Positions 9,468 through 18,709 of a DNA stretch of 40,746 nt are shown piece by piece. A model generated the notes under the pieces. The model did not search any database. It saw nothing but the letters and a program-made list of their open reading frames with translations, and was not told the DNA's origin. The position numbers and the translations under genes are program-made. The stretch's first letter is position 1; the number at the start of each line of letters is the position of its first letter. The stretch is from a virus. Taxonomy: Duplodnaviria; Caudoviricetes. The stretch lies in the IMG/VR virus record IMGVR_UViG_3300027811_000012, positions 1 through 40,746 of that record; one strand, 5' to 3'.

Positions 9468-9665
9468 ATGGCAAGTGATGGTACGGGATATTGGGCGAGC
9501 AAGTATTATCATGCTAATTATTGGAATACGGGATATTGGGCGGCTGCTAGTTCGTCAGGAGAGTCGGTAGTTTTACATTTCATTCCAACTATTCCTACGA
9601 TGCACACTATTCCAACAATGGGCAATAGATTACTATTTAATTTTGAGGAGGGTTTGAAATGTTAG
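9468..9665 (+). CDS. Small hypothetical protein with YW repeats
   Basis: GYWASKYYHANYWNTGYW; RBS present. Confidence 0.55.
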   Translation: MASDGTGYWASKYYHANYWNTGYWAAASSSGESVVLHFIPTIPTMHTIPTMGNRLLFNFEEGLKC

Positions 9666-10243
9666 TATTTCCAGTAAACGGAGAGTGCGGATTTTCAGGA
9701 ATTTGGACATTGATTACTGCGTCAAGAAGTTTTAAGAAAAATGTTCTAAATCCTCCTACGGATGCCACTACTTACGTTAGATACACAACGGGCGGGACTG
9801 CTGCTTTGAAGATAGGTGAAACACTATCAGGCGGTACTTCTTCCGCAACGGCTAAACTCATAGGCCAGGACGTTGAAACAGGAACAGCGGGATCGAGCGA
9901 TACGGGGATATTATTTCTAAGAGTGCTTACTGGAACCCCAACGGCAGCGGGAGAGACTTGGACGGGTGGTACTTCTACGGGTACGGTGGCAACGGCCCAA
10001 GCTCCAATTGCATTGAAATTTTACACTCCTCCTAAGTCAGCTTTGTTTACTATTGAGGCAGCAGCAATCAACTTTACCCAGGATGGAACTACTCCTACAG
10101 TAACAGCGGGTACGAATTTCGGCCATCAGGCAGCAAATGGTCAGTCGTTTGTTATAACAGGTCAGGATAACCTTAATAACTTTAAGTGCATTAATGCTGT
10201 AGCATCATCGGGAGCAATTGTAAAGTATAGTCTCTTCTTTTAA
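9659..10243 (+). CDS. Putative virion structural protein
   Basis: GAGGAGG RBS; internal repeats GETLSGGTSSATA / GETWTGGTSTGTV. Confidence 0.6.
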   Translation: MLVFPVNGECGFSGIWTLITASRSFKKNVLNPPTDATTYVRYTTGGTAALKIGETLSGGTSSATAKLIGQDVETGTAGSSDTGILFLRVLTGTPTAAGETWTGGTSTGTVATAQAPIALKFYTPPKSALFTIEAAAINFTQDGTTPTVTAGTNFGHQAANGQSFVITGQDNLNNFKCINAVASSGAIVKYSLFF

Positions 10244-10245
10244 TT

Positions 10246-11058
10246 ATGTCATTAGCCAATGAAGGCATAGATGGGATTATCCCTGTTTCTCCGGTGAACA
10301 TAGCCGCAATCGGGGCGAATACCGTGCTTGGAAACAACACGGCGGGAACTGCTGCTCCTGTTGCCATGACCGTTACGGAAACGCTTGCTTTGATTTCTCC
10401 TCCGACGTTTACGGGAGACACGACGACAACGGGGAATTTCGTAGTTCCAAAGACTTCGGGATACGGGATAAAAGTTGATACGGCAAGCCCCACTTTCCCG
10501 TGGGATGATTTTATCGGCAATATGATCCCTGATCCGTTGGGAGCGAATAGTCCGACTCTGGTCTCTATTTCCGGCGGCTCGTGCAGGACTTATGCTTATA
10601 CAACAAGCGATAAAATGGATATTCAGATTCACGTGACCCATAGTTATGTTGCGGGGACAGACGCATTTATACACATACACTGGCTGCACAATGGGACAGC
10701 TATTTCAGGAAACATGGTGGCTACGTTAGCCTATCAGTATGGTAAAGGGCATAACCAGTCTGTGTTGACAGCGGAAAAAACACTTACAGTAACGTACAAC
10801 ACAGTAAATATAGCGACGACGCCACAATATCAGACACGCATAGACGAGATACAGATTTCATCTGCCGGAGGGTCAGCGACCTTGATTGACACGGCGGACA
10901 TTGAACCGGATGGAATATTCTATGTAAATCTGACGCTTACCACGTTGCCTACAATTACCGGAGGCGGCACCACAAGAATATTCATCCCTTACGTGGATAT
11001 TCACGCACAGCAAACAGGGGTTGGAACAAAACAGAAAGCCCCTAACTTTTACGTTTAG
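10246..11058 (+). CDS. Putative fibre/receptor-binding protein A
   Basis: N-terminal ~50 aa paralogous to the next gene; beta-rich C-terminus. Confidence 0.55.
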   Translation: MSLANEGIDGIIPVSPVNIAAIGANTVLGNNTAGTAAPVAMTVTETLALISPPTFTGDTTTTGNFVVPKTSGYGIKVDTASPTFPWDDFIGNMIPDPLGANSPTLVSISGGSCRTYAYTTSDKMDIQIHVTHSYVAGTDAFIHIHWLHNGTAISGNMVATLAYQYGKGHNQSVLTAEKTLTVTYNTVNIATTPQYQTRIDEIQISSAGGSATLIDTADIEPDGIFYVNLTLTTLPTITGGGTTRIFIPYVDIHAQQTGVGTKQKAPNFYV

Positions 11059-11070
11059 CGGAGAAATAAA

Positions 11071-11652
11071 ATGAGCATGGGAAATGAAGGAATTGACGGT
11101 ATTATACCTGTATCTCCTGTTGATATAGCCGCCATAGCAACGAATACTATGCTTGGTAATAATACAGGAGGGTCTGCGGCTCCTACGGCTTTGACGGTTG
11201 AGGAGACTCAAATACTCTTGACCAAGTATGCAGCGGTTTCTGGTTCAAATGTAACAAGAACCGCACAGACATTAGCTGACATAACCGGACTAACGCTTGC
11301 GCTATCCGCGTCTGCAACTTATATATTTGAAGCCGTGTTATCTGTAGGGACTTCTGCGGATACAACCGGGGCAGAATATGCAGTTCAATTTAGTGCGGGA
11401 GGCTCTACTGTAGAAGCGCAAATCATCGGGTCTTCAACTTCAACGGCTACCAAGTCAGAGCGAATAACCGCATTGAATACCGCGACAAGCGCGTATCTTA
11501 CAACATCGACGCAGTCTGGACAGGTTCTTATTAAGGGCGTCTTGGTAACTACAACGAATGCTGGTAATCTAACGATACAACATCTTAAAGTTGTCTCAGG
11601 AACCTCAACAGTATTTATAAAAAGTTATTTGAAAGCCACGAGAGTAGTGTAA
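11071..11652 (+). CDS. Putative fibre/receptor-binding protein B
   Basis: Paralogous N-terminus; C-terminal jelly-roll-like 'LADITGLTLAL...YIFEA...SYLKATRV'. Confidence 0.55.
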   Translation: MSMGNEGIDGIIPVSPVDIAAIATNTMLGNNTGGSAAPTALTVEETQILLTKYAAVSGSNVTRTAQTLADITGLTLALSASATYIFEAVLSVGTSADTTGAEYAVQFSAGGSTVEAQIIGSSTSTATKSERITALNTATSAYLTTSTQSGQVLIKGVLVTTTNAGNLTIQHLKVVSGTSTVFIKSYLKATRVV

Positions 11653-11661
11653 GGAGAAAAA

Positions 11662-12696
11662 ATGAGTCGTTTTGTATTTTCAGACGTTGCAAGAGATGGA
11701 AATGGAGTCGTATGTCAATCGGCTACAGCAACCGTCTATCTTGCTGGAACAACGACCTTAGCCAACGTGTATGTGGCCTCTTCCGGTGGTGCTCAGGTCA
11801 ATAGTGTAACCACTAGCGCAACGGATGGGTCGTATTCGTTCTTTGTCGATCAGGCAGACTATGACGGTACTCAGAATTTCAAAGTTACGGTATCTCTCAC
11901 TGGATTTACGGCCTTTACGCTTGACAATATTGTGATTCAGGGTTTGCCGTTTGCTACGATAAGCCCGACCACGGCAAATATCACCACGGCAAATATCACC
12001 ACGGCAAATATCACCACGGCAAATATCACCACGGCGGCGATTACTACAGCAACGGGGAACCCGAACTTTACGGGGAACCCTACGTTTACAGCATCTACTA
12101 TTACAACGGCGAACCTTACCACAATTTCAAAAACAGGAGCAGGGATTGTTTCTAATCTTAATTCACAATACATAGCAGATGCGGGAAATGGAAATGCCGC
12201 GATAGCAGCAAATTCAACACCTACTTTAACAACTATACCAATAAGAAACGCCAATAAAGATTTGCTGGATAGAAATTCTGACCCGTTGTACGGAATATCA
12301 GGAGTTAGTGCATCGGGGGTACTTACATACGTTGCGTCGAGTAATTCTGCCTCGGTCGATCTTGACATGGGGACAGTGACGGCAGGAGATATAATTTACG
12401 TGTCTACGATGTCTTCCATTTCTTTCACCACGGCTGCTGTAGGTTACGTTAACATTGGGAAAAATTCGGGTACAGCAAGCGTGTCAAACGGGGGGAATAC
12501 GGTCAGTCCTCGGTCTCACTTTATAACAGTTCCTGGTGGCGTTTCGGATGCCACACCGGCAACGCATTACTTTGGAGTGTATCTATTTGTTACTGCCAGT
12601 GGAACATTGCATCTGTTTGGCGCAATTAACGAACATATCGCAACAGTTACAGGCAATCAAATTGTTATCTCGGCGTTCTTTTTAAAGAAACAGTGA
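11662..12696 (+). CDS. Tail fibre/spike protein
   Basis: N-terminal 'DGNG....ATATVYLAGTTTLANVY...TDGSYSFFV' attachment-type domain, TTANI stalk repeats, C-terminal jelly-roll-like tip. Confidence 0.7.
   Translation: MSRFVFSDVARDGNGVVCQSATATVYLAGTTTLANVYVASSGGAQVNSVTTSATDGSYSFFVDQADYDGTQNFKVTVSLTGFTAFTLDNIVIQGLPFATISPTTANITTANITTANITTANITTAAITTATGNPNFTGNPTFTASTITTANLTTISKTGAGIVSNLNSQYIADAGNGNAAIAANSTPTLTTIPIRNANKDLLDRNSDPLYGISGVSASGVLTYVASSNSASVDLDMGTVTAGDIIYVSTMSSISFTTAAVGYVNIGKNSGTASVSNGGNTVSPRSHFITVPGGVSDATPATHYFGVYLFVTASGTLHLFGAINEHIATVTGNQIVISAFFLKKQ
11968..12035 (+). repeat. 15-bp perfect tandem repeat accacggcaaatatc x4.5 (TTANI)
   Basis: Directly visible. Confidence 0.95.
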
Positions 12697-12821
12697 ACTC
12701 TTAGTGCATCTTCTGTTTTGTGCTTGTTCTTTGCGAGTTGCCCATTTACAATTTCTAGGAGAATATCCTTGGCAGACTATATTAAATATGAATATTGGTT
12801 TAGATATATATATAGGTTCTA

Positions 12822-13181
12822 ATGTCAGGAAAACGATCAAAATATAACGAGATTTCAATAAAAAAACTCAGGCATGAGAAACGCACTATACCCATGCCTG
12901 GATCACAGGAGTATGACGGTAAGTTTTTTAGATGTTGGCACTGCGGATTTTCAGGGAACGATATTGACCGTAACACTATTGGAGACGGTGATGGTATGAC
13001 TTATTCAATTACCATATTGCCGAATGATCCTTACGGTTCAGGGGAAACATCCGCAGTAATTGCAAGCTCAGGAAAGACTGTTTTGATTCCCTCATCTGGG
13101 TTGTCATTCACGGAGAGACATGATATATCAGCAACAGCGTCGAGTGGATGTTTGTTTTGCGGATCGAAAAACTATCGTTAG
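12822..13181 (+). CDS. Zn-binding hypothetical protein
   Basis: CWHC ... CLFC pairs. Confidence 0.65.
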   Translation: MSGKRSKYNEISIKKLRHEKRTIPMPGSQEYDGKFFRCWHCGFSGNDIDRNTIGDGDGMTYSITILPNDPYGSGETSAVIASSGKTVLIPSSGLSFTERHDISATASSGCLFCGSKNYR

Positions 13182-13203
13182 TTAGTAAAGTTTAAAGGTG
13201 AAA

Positions 13204-15189
13204 ATGGCTAAAAAGAAAAAAGGAACACCCGAAGAGCAGATACAAAACGCAATGGCTTCTATCGTCATTGATGGAGAGTATGCTATCGCCAAGCGTAATC
13301 AAAATGATGATAATCTAGATTTTGAATCTCTTGTAGATATGCTTGAAGGAAAGAGAAATGAGAAGAATTATGAATGGATGAGCGACTACTCTATTCCTGA
13401 ACTTATTTCAATTCTCCAAACCAATGCCTCTGGATGGGCTAGTCAATACTTTCCTACTAGGGATTTTGTTGAGGTAAAACTGGACGGTGATAGTCCTCAA
13501 GATATAGACAAGGCTAGAGCAACTAAAAAACTGATTAATAAGGTATTGAATAGAAGAGACCTTTATTATTATCAGAAATACATAAGGCTTAGATTAATAA
13601 ATGCTCTTCATGGTAGGTGTTATGTTCTTTGTTGGTGGGAGCAGGAGCTAGCACCGGAAAAGGTAATGGTTCAGAGGCCCAAGCAATTAGACGTTGATAT
13701 ATACGGGAATAGCATTATAGACCCTACTGTTCAGCAGCCAAGAATTATCATGGATTCGGTTGAAATTGAAATTGAAACTCCATCAGTAGATAGATTTTGT
13801 TTTGAAGTCATCGATCCACGCAATATTTTTATGGATAGCAAGTATTGCTATACTACTCAGGAAAAGGATTGGGTTATTATCCGTTCGGAAGCTTCTTATG
13901 GAGATTTAAAAGCTTACGAGAAGAAAAATAACTATTTCAATCTTGACAAAATAAAAGATGCTGTAAAGTCAAGAAATGCTACTGATACGAAGAGAGAAAC
14001 GTATGGAAAAGACGATAACGCTTCTGAATTCGATAAAACTCCTATAGGCTATTTTGACGTACTGGATAGATATGGGAAGTTTTGGGCTATTGTAGAAGAA
14101 AGAGATAGAAAAGGTAATCCGACAAAAGCGAGCACAGGAATAGATCAGGATGGTATGCCCCTTGATGATGCGGAGCTTATAGAGACTATTATAAGTTATG
14201 CTCTGATAGGGAGTCATAGGATTATGTATAGATTTATTCCTACTCCTAATATAGACGCTTCTGGGAAACCATTTAAGCCTATTGCTAGAGGTATTTGTTA
14301 TGTTCATCCGGTAAAAGATACAGGGCTTTCTGATGGACGTAATATGAGTGAGCTTCAAACAGCGATTGACGACAATTTTAATATTGGCGTTGATAGGGTG
14401 AAGCTTGCTACTATGCCGACGTTTATAGGCAGGAAGGGTGCTTTAGAAGATAATTCACAGTTTTACATGGAACCTGAGCATCTTATTGAAACTGAGAATC
14501 CACAAACTGATTTCTTGGAATTGAAAGTTTCTGATAACATTCAGGGAGCAATGCTGGTACATCAAATGCTTACCAGCAAGATTCAACAGGTAACGGCTAC
14601 CTACCCGACGACAATGGGGGACCAAGGTAAATCTTCCACTACGGCAACCGCAGTAGCGGGAGCGGAAACAAGAACAAATCAAAGAGAAAACTACAAGAGT
14701 TTGACTTTTGAGTATACATTTCTTACTGAATTTTATTGGATAATAAACCAAATGGGATGGAGATTCGCCCACGATGATACTCTTATGAAAATCATGGGTG
14801 AAGATGCACGATTTTTTGATGCTAATGCGGATTACAGCTATTCTCCGTTGTCATCGAACATTGAACAAGAGTATAACAAATATAGGAAGATACAGCTTTA
14901 CGATCAGAGTATAGGAAGAATTTCTGGATTGGTACAGCCCTTGCCTGAAGTCGTTCCTATTCTTGCGCATATGATAGGTAGACAACTAGAGCTACAGGGA
15001 GATGAATTTCAGACCATCGGCGCAATGATCGGAAAATTGGCAAAGGCGAAAGTTCGGCCTGATGGGGGGTCGCCTGCACAGATAACTGATGGACAAGAAC
15101 CTCCTATGTCAAATCAAAATGGAGTTGAAATGTCAACTCAAGAAGGGTCAGTTAGAAGCGCACAGATGGCAGGAGGGATGATCCAATGA
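13204..15189 (+). CDS. Portal protein (P22/T7-like podoviral type)
   Basis: ~660 aa; 'FEVIDPRNIFMD', 'ELQTAIDDNFNIGVD', 'TTATAV' motifs; Q/G/M-rich tail; upstream of scaffold and capsid. Confidence 0.85.
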   Translation: MAKKKKGTPEEQIQNAMASIVIDGEYAIAKRNQNDDNLDFESLVDMLEGKRNEKNYEWMSDYSIPELISILQTNASGWASQYFPTRDFVEVKLDGDSPQDIDKARATKKLINKVLNRRDLYYYQKYIRLRLINALHGRCYVLCWWEQELAPEKVMVQRPKQLDVDIYGNSIIDPTVQQPRIIMDSVEIEIETPSVDRFCFEVIDPRNIFMDSKYCYTTQEKDWVIIRSEASYGDLKAYEKKNNYFNLDKIKDAVKSRNATDTKRETYGKDDNASEFDKTPIGYFDVLDRYGKFWAIVEERDRKGNPTKASTGIDQDGMPLDDAELIETIISYALIGSHRIMYRFIPTPNIDASGKPFKPIARGICYVHPVKDTGLSDGRNMSELQTAIDDNFNIGVDRVKLATMPTFIGRKGALEDNSQFYMEPEHLIETENPQTDFLELKVSDNIQGAMLVHQMLTSKIQQVTATYPTTMGDQGKSSTTATAVAGAETRTNQRENYKSLTFEYTFLTEFYWIINQMGWRFAHDDTLMKIMGEDARFFDANADYSYSPLSSNIEQEYNKYRKIQLYDQSIGRISGLVQPLPEVVPILAHMIGRQLELQGDEFQTIGAMIGKLAKAKVRPDGGSPAQITDGQEPPMSNQNGVEMSTQEGSVRSAQMAGGMIQ

Positions 15190-15509
15190 GAGAAAATCCT
15201 TCAATAAGACAGTTAGAGGAATATCAGGAAAAGTATGGAAAGCGTGCTGCATCTACCCTTGGCGTTCTTGGAAAACTCGTGGGGTTTGTGGAAGCTATAA
15301 AAAGTCCATTAGGCTTAGAACTTCTTAAGGACGATATTGAACGCGTAGATGAATTGTTAGAGAAAATGATATTGGAGAATATAACTCCACAGGAATTAGC
15401 AGAATTACGTTATTTAAAAAATCAAAGATTGCCTAAAGTTACGGGCAGAATTTCAACCTTTCTAAAATTATCAAAAGAGGTGGCAGATGGAAGTAAAAAA
15501 AATACTTAA
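15186..15509 (+). CDS. Hypothetical helical protein downstream of portal
   Basis: ATGA overlap; position typical of small head-associated genes. Confidence 0.7.
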   Translation: MRENPSIRQLEEYQEKYGKRAASTLGVLGKLVGFVEAIKSPLGLELLKDDIERVDELLEKMILENITPQELAELRYLKNQRLPKVTGRISTFLKLSKEVADGSKKNT

Positions 15510-15618
15510 TGACAAGTTGATAGAACTTGGTATAATAAAATCAAATACAGAGCAGATTGTCATTAATATTAATTGTGGGGCCATATCTGACTTTAAAGTT
15601 GTGGAAAGGTTTAAATGA
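15487..15618 (+). CDS. Small protein (43 aa), possibly DUF2292/YezD-like
   Basis: Own translation MEVKKILNDKLIELGIIKSNTEQIVININCGAISDFKVVERFK; GAGG RBS. Confidence 0.45.
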   Translation: MEVKKILNDKLIELGIIKSNTEQIVININCGAISDFKVVERFK

Positions 15619-15824
15619 ATATAGATGGGAAAATTCTAAAACTTCGTGAATTATCTAAAGACCTAAGAAATAGAAATTGTGAAGTAAAGTGGAATAATAA
15701 AGAAGGTCCATCACTTCTTGATAATAATTTGAGTAAAAATTCGCTTGAAGTTGCCATAAAAGAACAAAAAAAGTTAAGAAGTAAAAATGTAAAGTTAGGA
15801 TTTACGCCAAAATATTTTTATTAG
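15615..15824 (+). CDS. Hypothetical basic protein
   Basis: ATGA overlap with upstream small ORF. Confidence 0.45.
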   Translation: MNIDGKILKLRELSKDLRNRNCEVKWNNKEGPSLLDNNLSKNSLEVAIKEQKKLRSKNVKLGFTPKYFY

Positions 15825-15856
15825 TTCTTTGAAAATTGAATAACGGTTAAGTTTAT

Positions 15857-15926
15857 CCCGAAAGGGCTATGAACCCCGATAGATGAAGTCCTGAATTGGA
15901 CTGACATTTATCGGGGTTTTTGTTTG
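15857..15926 (+). terminator. Structured leader/terminator before scaffold gene
   Basis: ccc-gaaa-ggg hairpin, then long stem aaccccgatagatg / catttatcggggtt capped by agtcc/ggact, followed by a T-tract. Confidence 0.6.
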
Positions 15927-15955
15927 TACAAAAATATTACAAGGAGGTTTGTAAA

Positions 15956-16762
15956 ATGGCTGAACAGGGAACCGTTACTGATGAAGTAACCGATGATGCT
16001 CTGTCCGCAGCATGGGATGAAGAGGCAAAAGGTAATAAATCAGAAGTAGTGGTAGATGAAGTAGAGGAAGTAGAAACAGAAGTTCCAGTGGAAGAGACTC
16101 CCGTTGAAGTCAAGGAGGAAACGCCCCCGGTAATCCCGGCAAGTGCGAAGACTCCTGAAGAACTTGAAGCGGAAGCACTCTCTCACAAGGAAAGCAGCAA
16201 ACTCGGCAGAAAGGTGCATGGCCTTGCAGAACGGTTAGCGCAAGCCGAGGCCAAGCTTGCCAATACGTTAGTAACGACTGAAGAACCAGATGTGATTACT
16301 ACCCCGCAAGATTATGACCAACTTGTTGCGGCAAGGACTGAGAAATCACACCAAATAATGTCTGAATATCAGACTAATTATTTGAAACAGTTACAGGCTC
16401 TAAAGTCGGGAGAAGATGAATACGGGGTTTATGACGAGGTTATTGCGGAGTTGATGTTAGATAACTCTCCTTATAATCGGATATTTGGGAAAACATATGC
16501 AGATTCAAACCCATTTGCCGATGCTCGCGTCAACTTTTCCGAGGCTAAAGTAGCTGTTCTTAAAAAGCGTTATGCCGAGAAACCAACTGGACTGCCTAAG
16601 CGAGAGACTGCGATTCCTTCAGCTACTCCGTCGGCAGTGGCAACAAGAGAAGTAATAAAACAAGCAGTTCTTCCGAAACTAGATAAGGCTGCTCAGGATT
16701 ACGCTAATTATCTGAGAAGCGAAAACGTACCGGAAGATGAAATTGCGGAGGCTCTTAAATGA
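15956..16762 (+). CDS. Capsid scaffolding protein
   Basis: AAGGAGG RBS; acidic E/V/P-rich N-terminus plus coiled coil; between portal and capsid. Confidence 0.75.
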   Translation: MAEQGTVTDEVTDDALSAAWDEEAKGNKSEVVVDEVEEVETEVPVEETPVEVKEETPPVIPASAKTPEELEAEALSHKESSKLGRKVHGLAERLAQAEAKLANTLVTTEEPDVITTPQDYDQLVAARTEKSHQIMSEYQTNYLKQLQALKSGEDEYGVYDEVIAELMLDNSPYNRIFGKTYADSNPFADARVNFSEAKVAVLKKRYAEKPTGLPKRETAIPSATPSAVATREVIKQAVLPKLDKAAQDYANYLRSENVPEDEIAEALK

Positions 16763-16862
16763 AAGGAATGGCAATGAAAGAAATGTTGATGAAGCCTTCA
16801 AAGAAGAAAGTTTCAAAGAAGGCAAAAACCAAGAAAAAATAACGAAAGGAAGGTGATTAATC

Positions 16863-17678
16863 ATGGCGTTTTCAGTGGTTAAAAATGGCGGTGAGCGTCC
16901 TATATGGATGTCTACCGATGGTGCAAGCACCTATTATATTGGCCAGATAGTTACGATTATCGGAGCCAGCAAGGCTAATATAGCAGGTACTATAAAGCCT
17001 CTTGCTGTACCGGCAGGGGTTGCTGATACTACAAACTTCCAGATTCCGTTTGGGATCGTGGTTGGTTTGAATGACCGTACAGAAACTTCCGATGCTACGG
17101 GGATTTATGCCACGGGAGTTCTTACCCAAGCAGCACAGCTTGCGAGGACGTATTTTGGCGCGGAAGGGATGTATGCAAAGGGAGACCCGCAACTTTTAGT
17201 TCAGGTTGAGAGGATTTTCCCGCATACCCTGATTCGGGGTAATATCTATAATGCGGCCCTTGGAACTGCCCCGACAGTTGTTTCTGATACGGGCGGTGCG
17301 GATACCACCGGCTACACTACAGCAGGCACTACGGGAGCTTGTGATTTTACTCCGGTAGCAAATGTATGTTCTATTTACTGTCGGTCCGGCAGAAATGCAG
17401 GGCTGTATAGGACTACGAACGATACAAGCACCACGGCCCCGGATGTGACGGTAGCATTCCCGTATGACGTTGCTCTTGGTGATACATTTGTGAGGGTTCC
17501 GCTTAAACAGGGACTTTCCCAAATATACATTGGAGGGCCGGGACTGTATATAGACTGTTCCTTAACAGCCACGAACAACTTTATGGTGTTTGTGGAGGGG
17601 TTAAATCTCGAAAACGCAGGCAAGGAGACCGCAGACTTCACGTTTGCAGCCGACCACTTTGCGAATGCGAGAGCATAA
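16863..17678 (+). CDS. Capsid cement/decoration protein
   Basis: Between scaffold and MCP; beta-rich, A/T/G-rich. Confidence 0.6.
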   Translation: MAFSVVKNGGERPIWMSTDGASTYYIGQIVTIIGASKANIAGTIKPLAVPAGVADTTNFQIPFGIVVGLNDRTETSDATGIYATGVLTQAAQLARTYFGAEGMYAKGDPQLLVQVERIFPHTLIRGNIYNAALGTAPTVVSDTGGADTTGYTTAGTTGACDFTPVANVCSIYCRSGRNAGLYRTTNDTSTTAPDVTVAFPYDVALGDTFVRVPLKQGLSQIYIGGPGLYIDCSLTATNNFMVFVEGLNLENAGKETADFTFAADHFANARA

Positions 17679-17703
17679 TATAAAAAGAAAGGAGTGATGA
17701 AAA

Positions 17704-18651
17704 ATGGGAAAATTAATGACCGCAAGTCAGTTTCCTAGGTTAATGGATGACAGGTTGACTAAAGTTTTTGAAGGAAAATTAAAGGCTTACCAGTCAAACA
17801 TGATACCTATGCTGTATAATGTCTCAACTTCCGATAAGGCTTTCGACGAGTTCTACGACATCGAAGGACTTCCGGATATTCCCGAAATGAGTGGATCATT
17901 GTCTTACATTTCCAGTTCACCGGGTTATTACACAAAGATCGAACAGAAAGAGTATGGTGCGATTACTCAGTTTGAAAGAAAGTTGCTTGATTTCAAACGA
18001 TACAAAGTGATGGATAACCGTGTTGGTGATCTTGGAGAGGCACTTGCCAGAACTATGGAAAAGAAAGCCGTTAGGCCGATTGCAAATGCTTTTTCTGCTG
18101 CGTTCGACTATCAGACAAGCGAAGAGGGCGTTTCCCTTTGTTCTACGGCACACACAACCAAGGTGCCAGGAGTTTCAACGACAAGCGGATTCTCGAATTC
18201 TGGCACTACCGCCATTTCAAAGGCAGCTATTGCTGCTGCTCGTCTTGCGGGAAAGGGATTCAGAATGGGGAATGGAGAGCGCGCTAACGTCAGACTTGAC
18301 ACGGTGATTGTTCCTTCTGCCCTTTATGATACCGCTTGTGAGGCCACAGGTTACGATCCTCGTAATGGCGCTACTTCTGACCTTGACCCGGATAACCTTA
18401 ACAACAAAGTAAACGTTGTTCGCGGAATCAAGGTTATTGAGTGGACGTATTTAGATGACTACAGCACAAAAAATTGGTATATGGTTGATTTCGCCATGAT
18501 GAAGAGGTTTTTAGTATGGATAAACAGCCAGAAAGCCGAGATCGAGAATCGATTTGATTATCACACCAAGGCTGCTGAGAGTTCCGTTTATGCACGGTGG
18601 GCGAATGGGACCACGGCATGGCAATTTATTCAGGGAAATCAGGTGACTTAG
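17704..18651 (+). CDS. Major capsid protein (HK97 fold, Mu gpT-like)
   Basis: 'LGEALARTMEK', 'EGVSLCSTAH', 'TVIVPSAL', 'YLDDYSTKNWYMVD', C-terminal 'WQFIQG' patterns; followed by hairpin. Confidence 0.85.
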   Translation: MGKLMTASQFPRLMDDRLTKVFEGKLKAYQSNMIPMLYNVSTSDKAFDEFYDIEGLPDIPEMSGSLSYISSSPGYYTKIEQKEYGAITQFERKLLDFKRYKVMDNRVGDLGEALARTMEKKAVRPIANAFSAAFDYQTSEEGVSLCSTAHTTKVPGVSTTSGFSNSGTTAISKAAIAAARLAGKGFRMGNGERANVRLDTVIVPSALYDTACEATGYDPRNGATSDLDPDNLNNKVNVVRGIKVIEWTYLDDYSTKNWYMVDFAMMKRFLVWINSQKAEIENRFDYHTKAAESSVYARWANGTTAWQFIQGNQVT

Positions 18652-18657
18652 TTACTA

Positions 18658-18689
18658 CCCGGCCCCTGAATAAGGGGCCGGGACATTTT
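18658..18689 (+). terminator. Hairpin/terminator after MCP
   Basis: cccggcccct-gaata-aggggccggg then acatttt. Confidence 0.7.
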
Positions 18690-18709
18690 AAAGAAAGGAG
18701 ATTAAACAA

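Noticed and set aside
15878-15910. Hammerhead ribozyme (GATGA-stem-GACA)
   Set aside because: Core deviates from CUGANGA/GAAA and the flanks form one simple stem, not a three-way junction.
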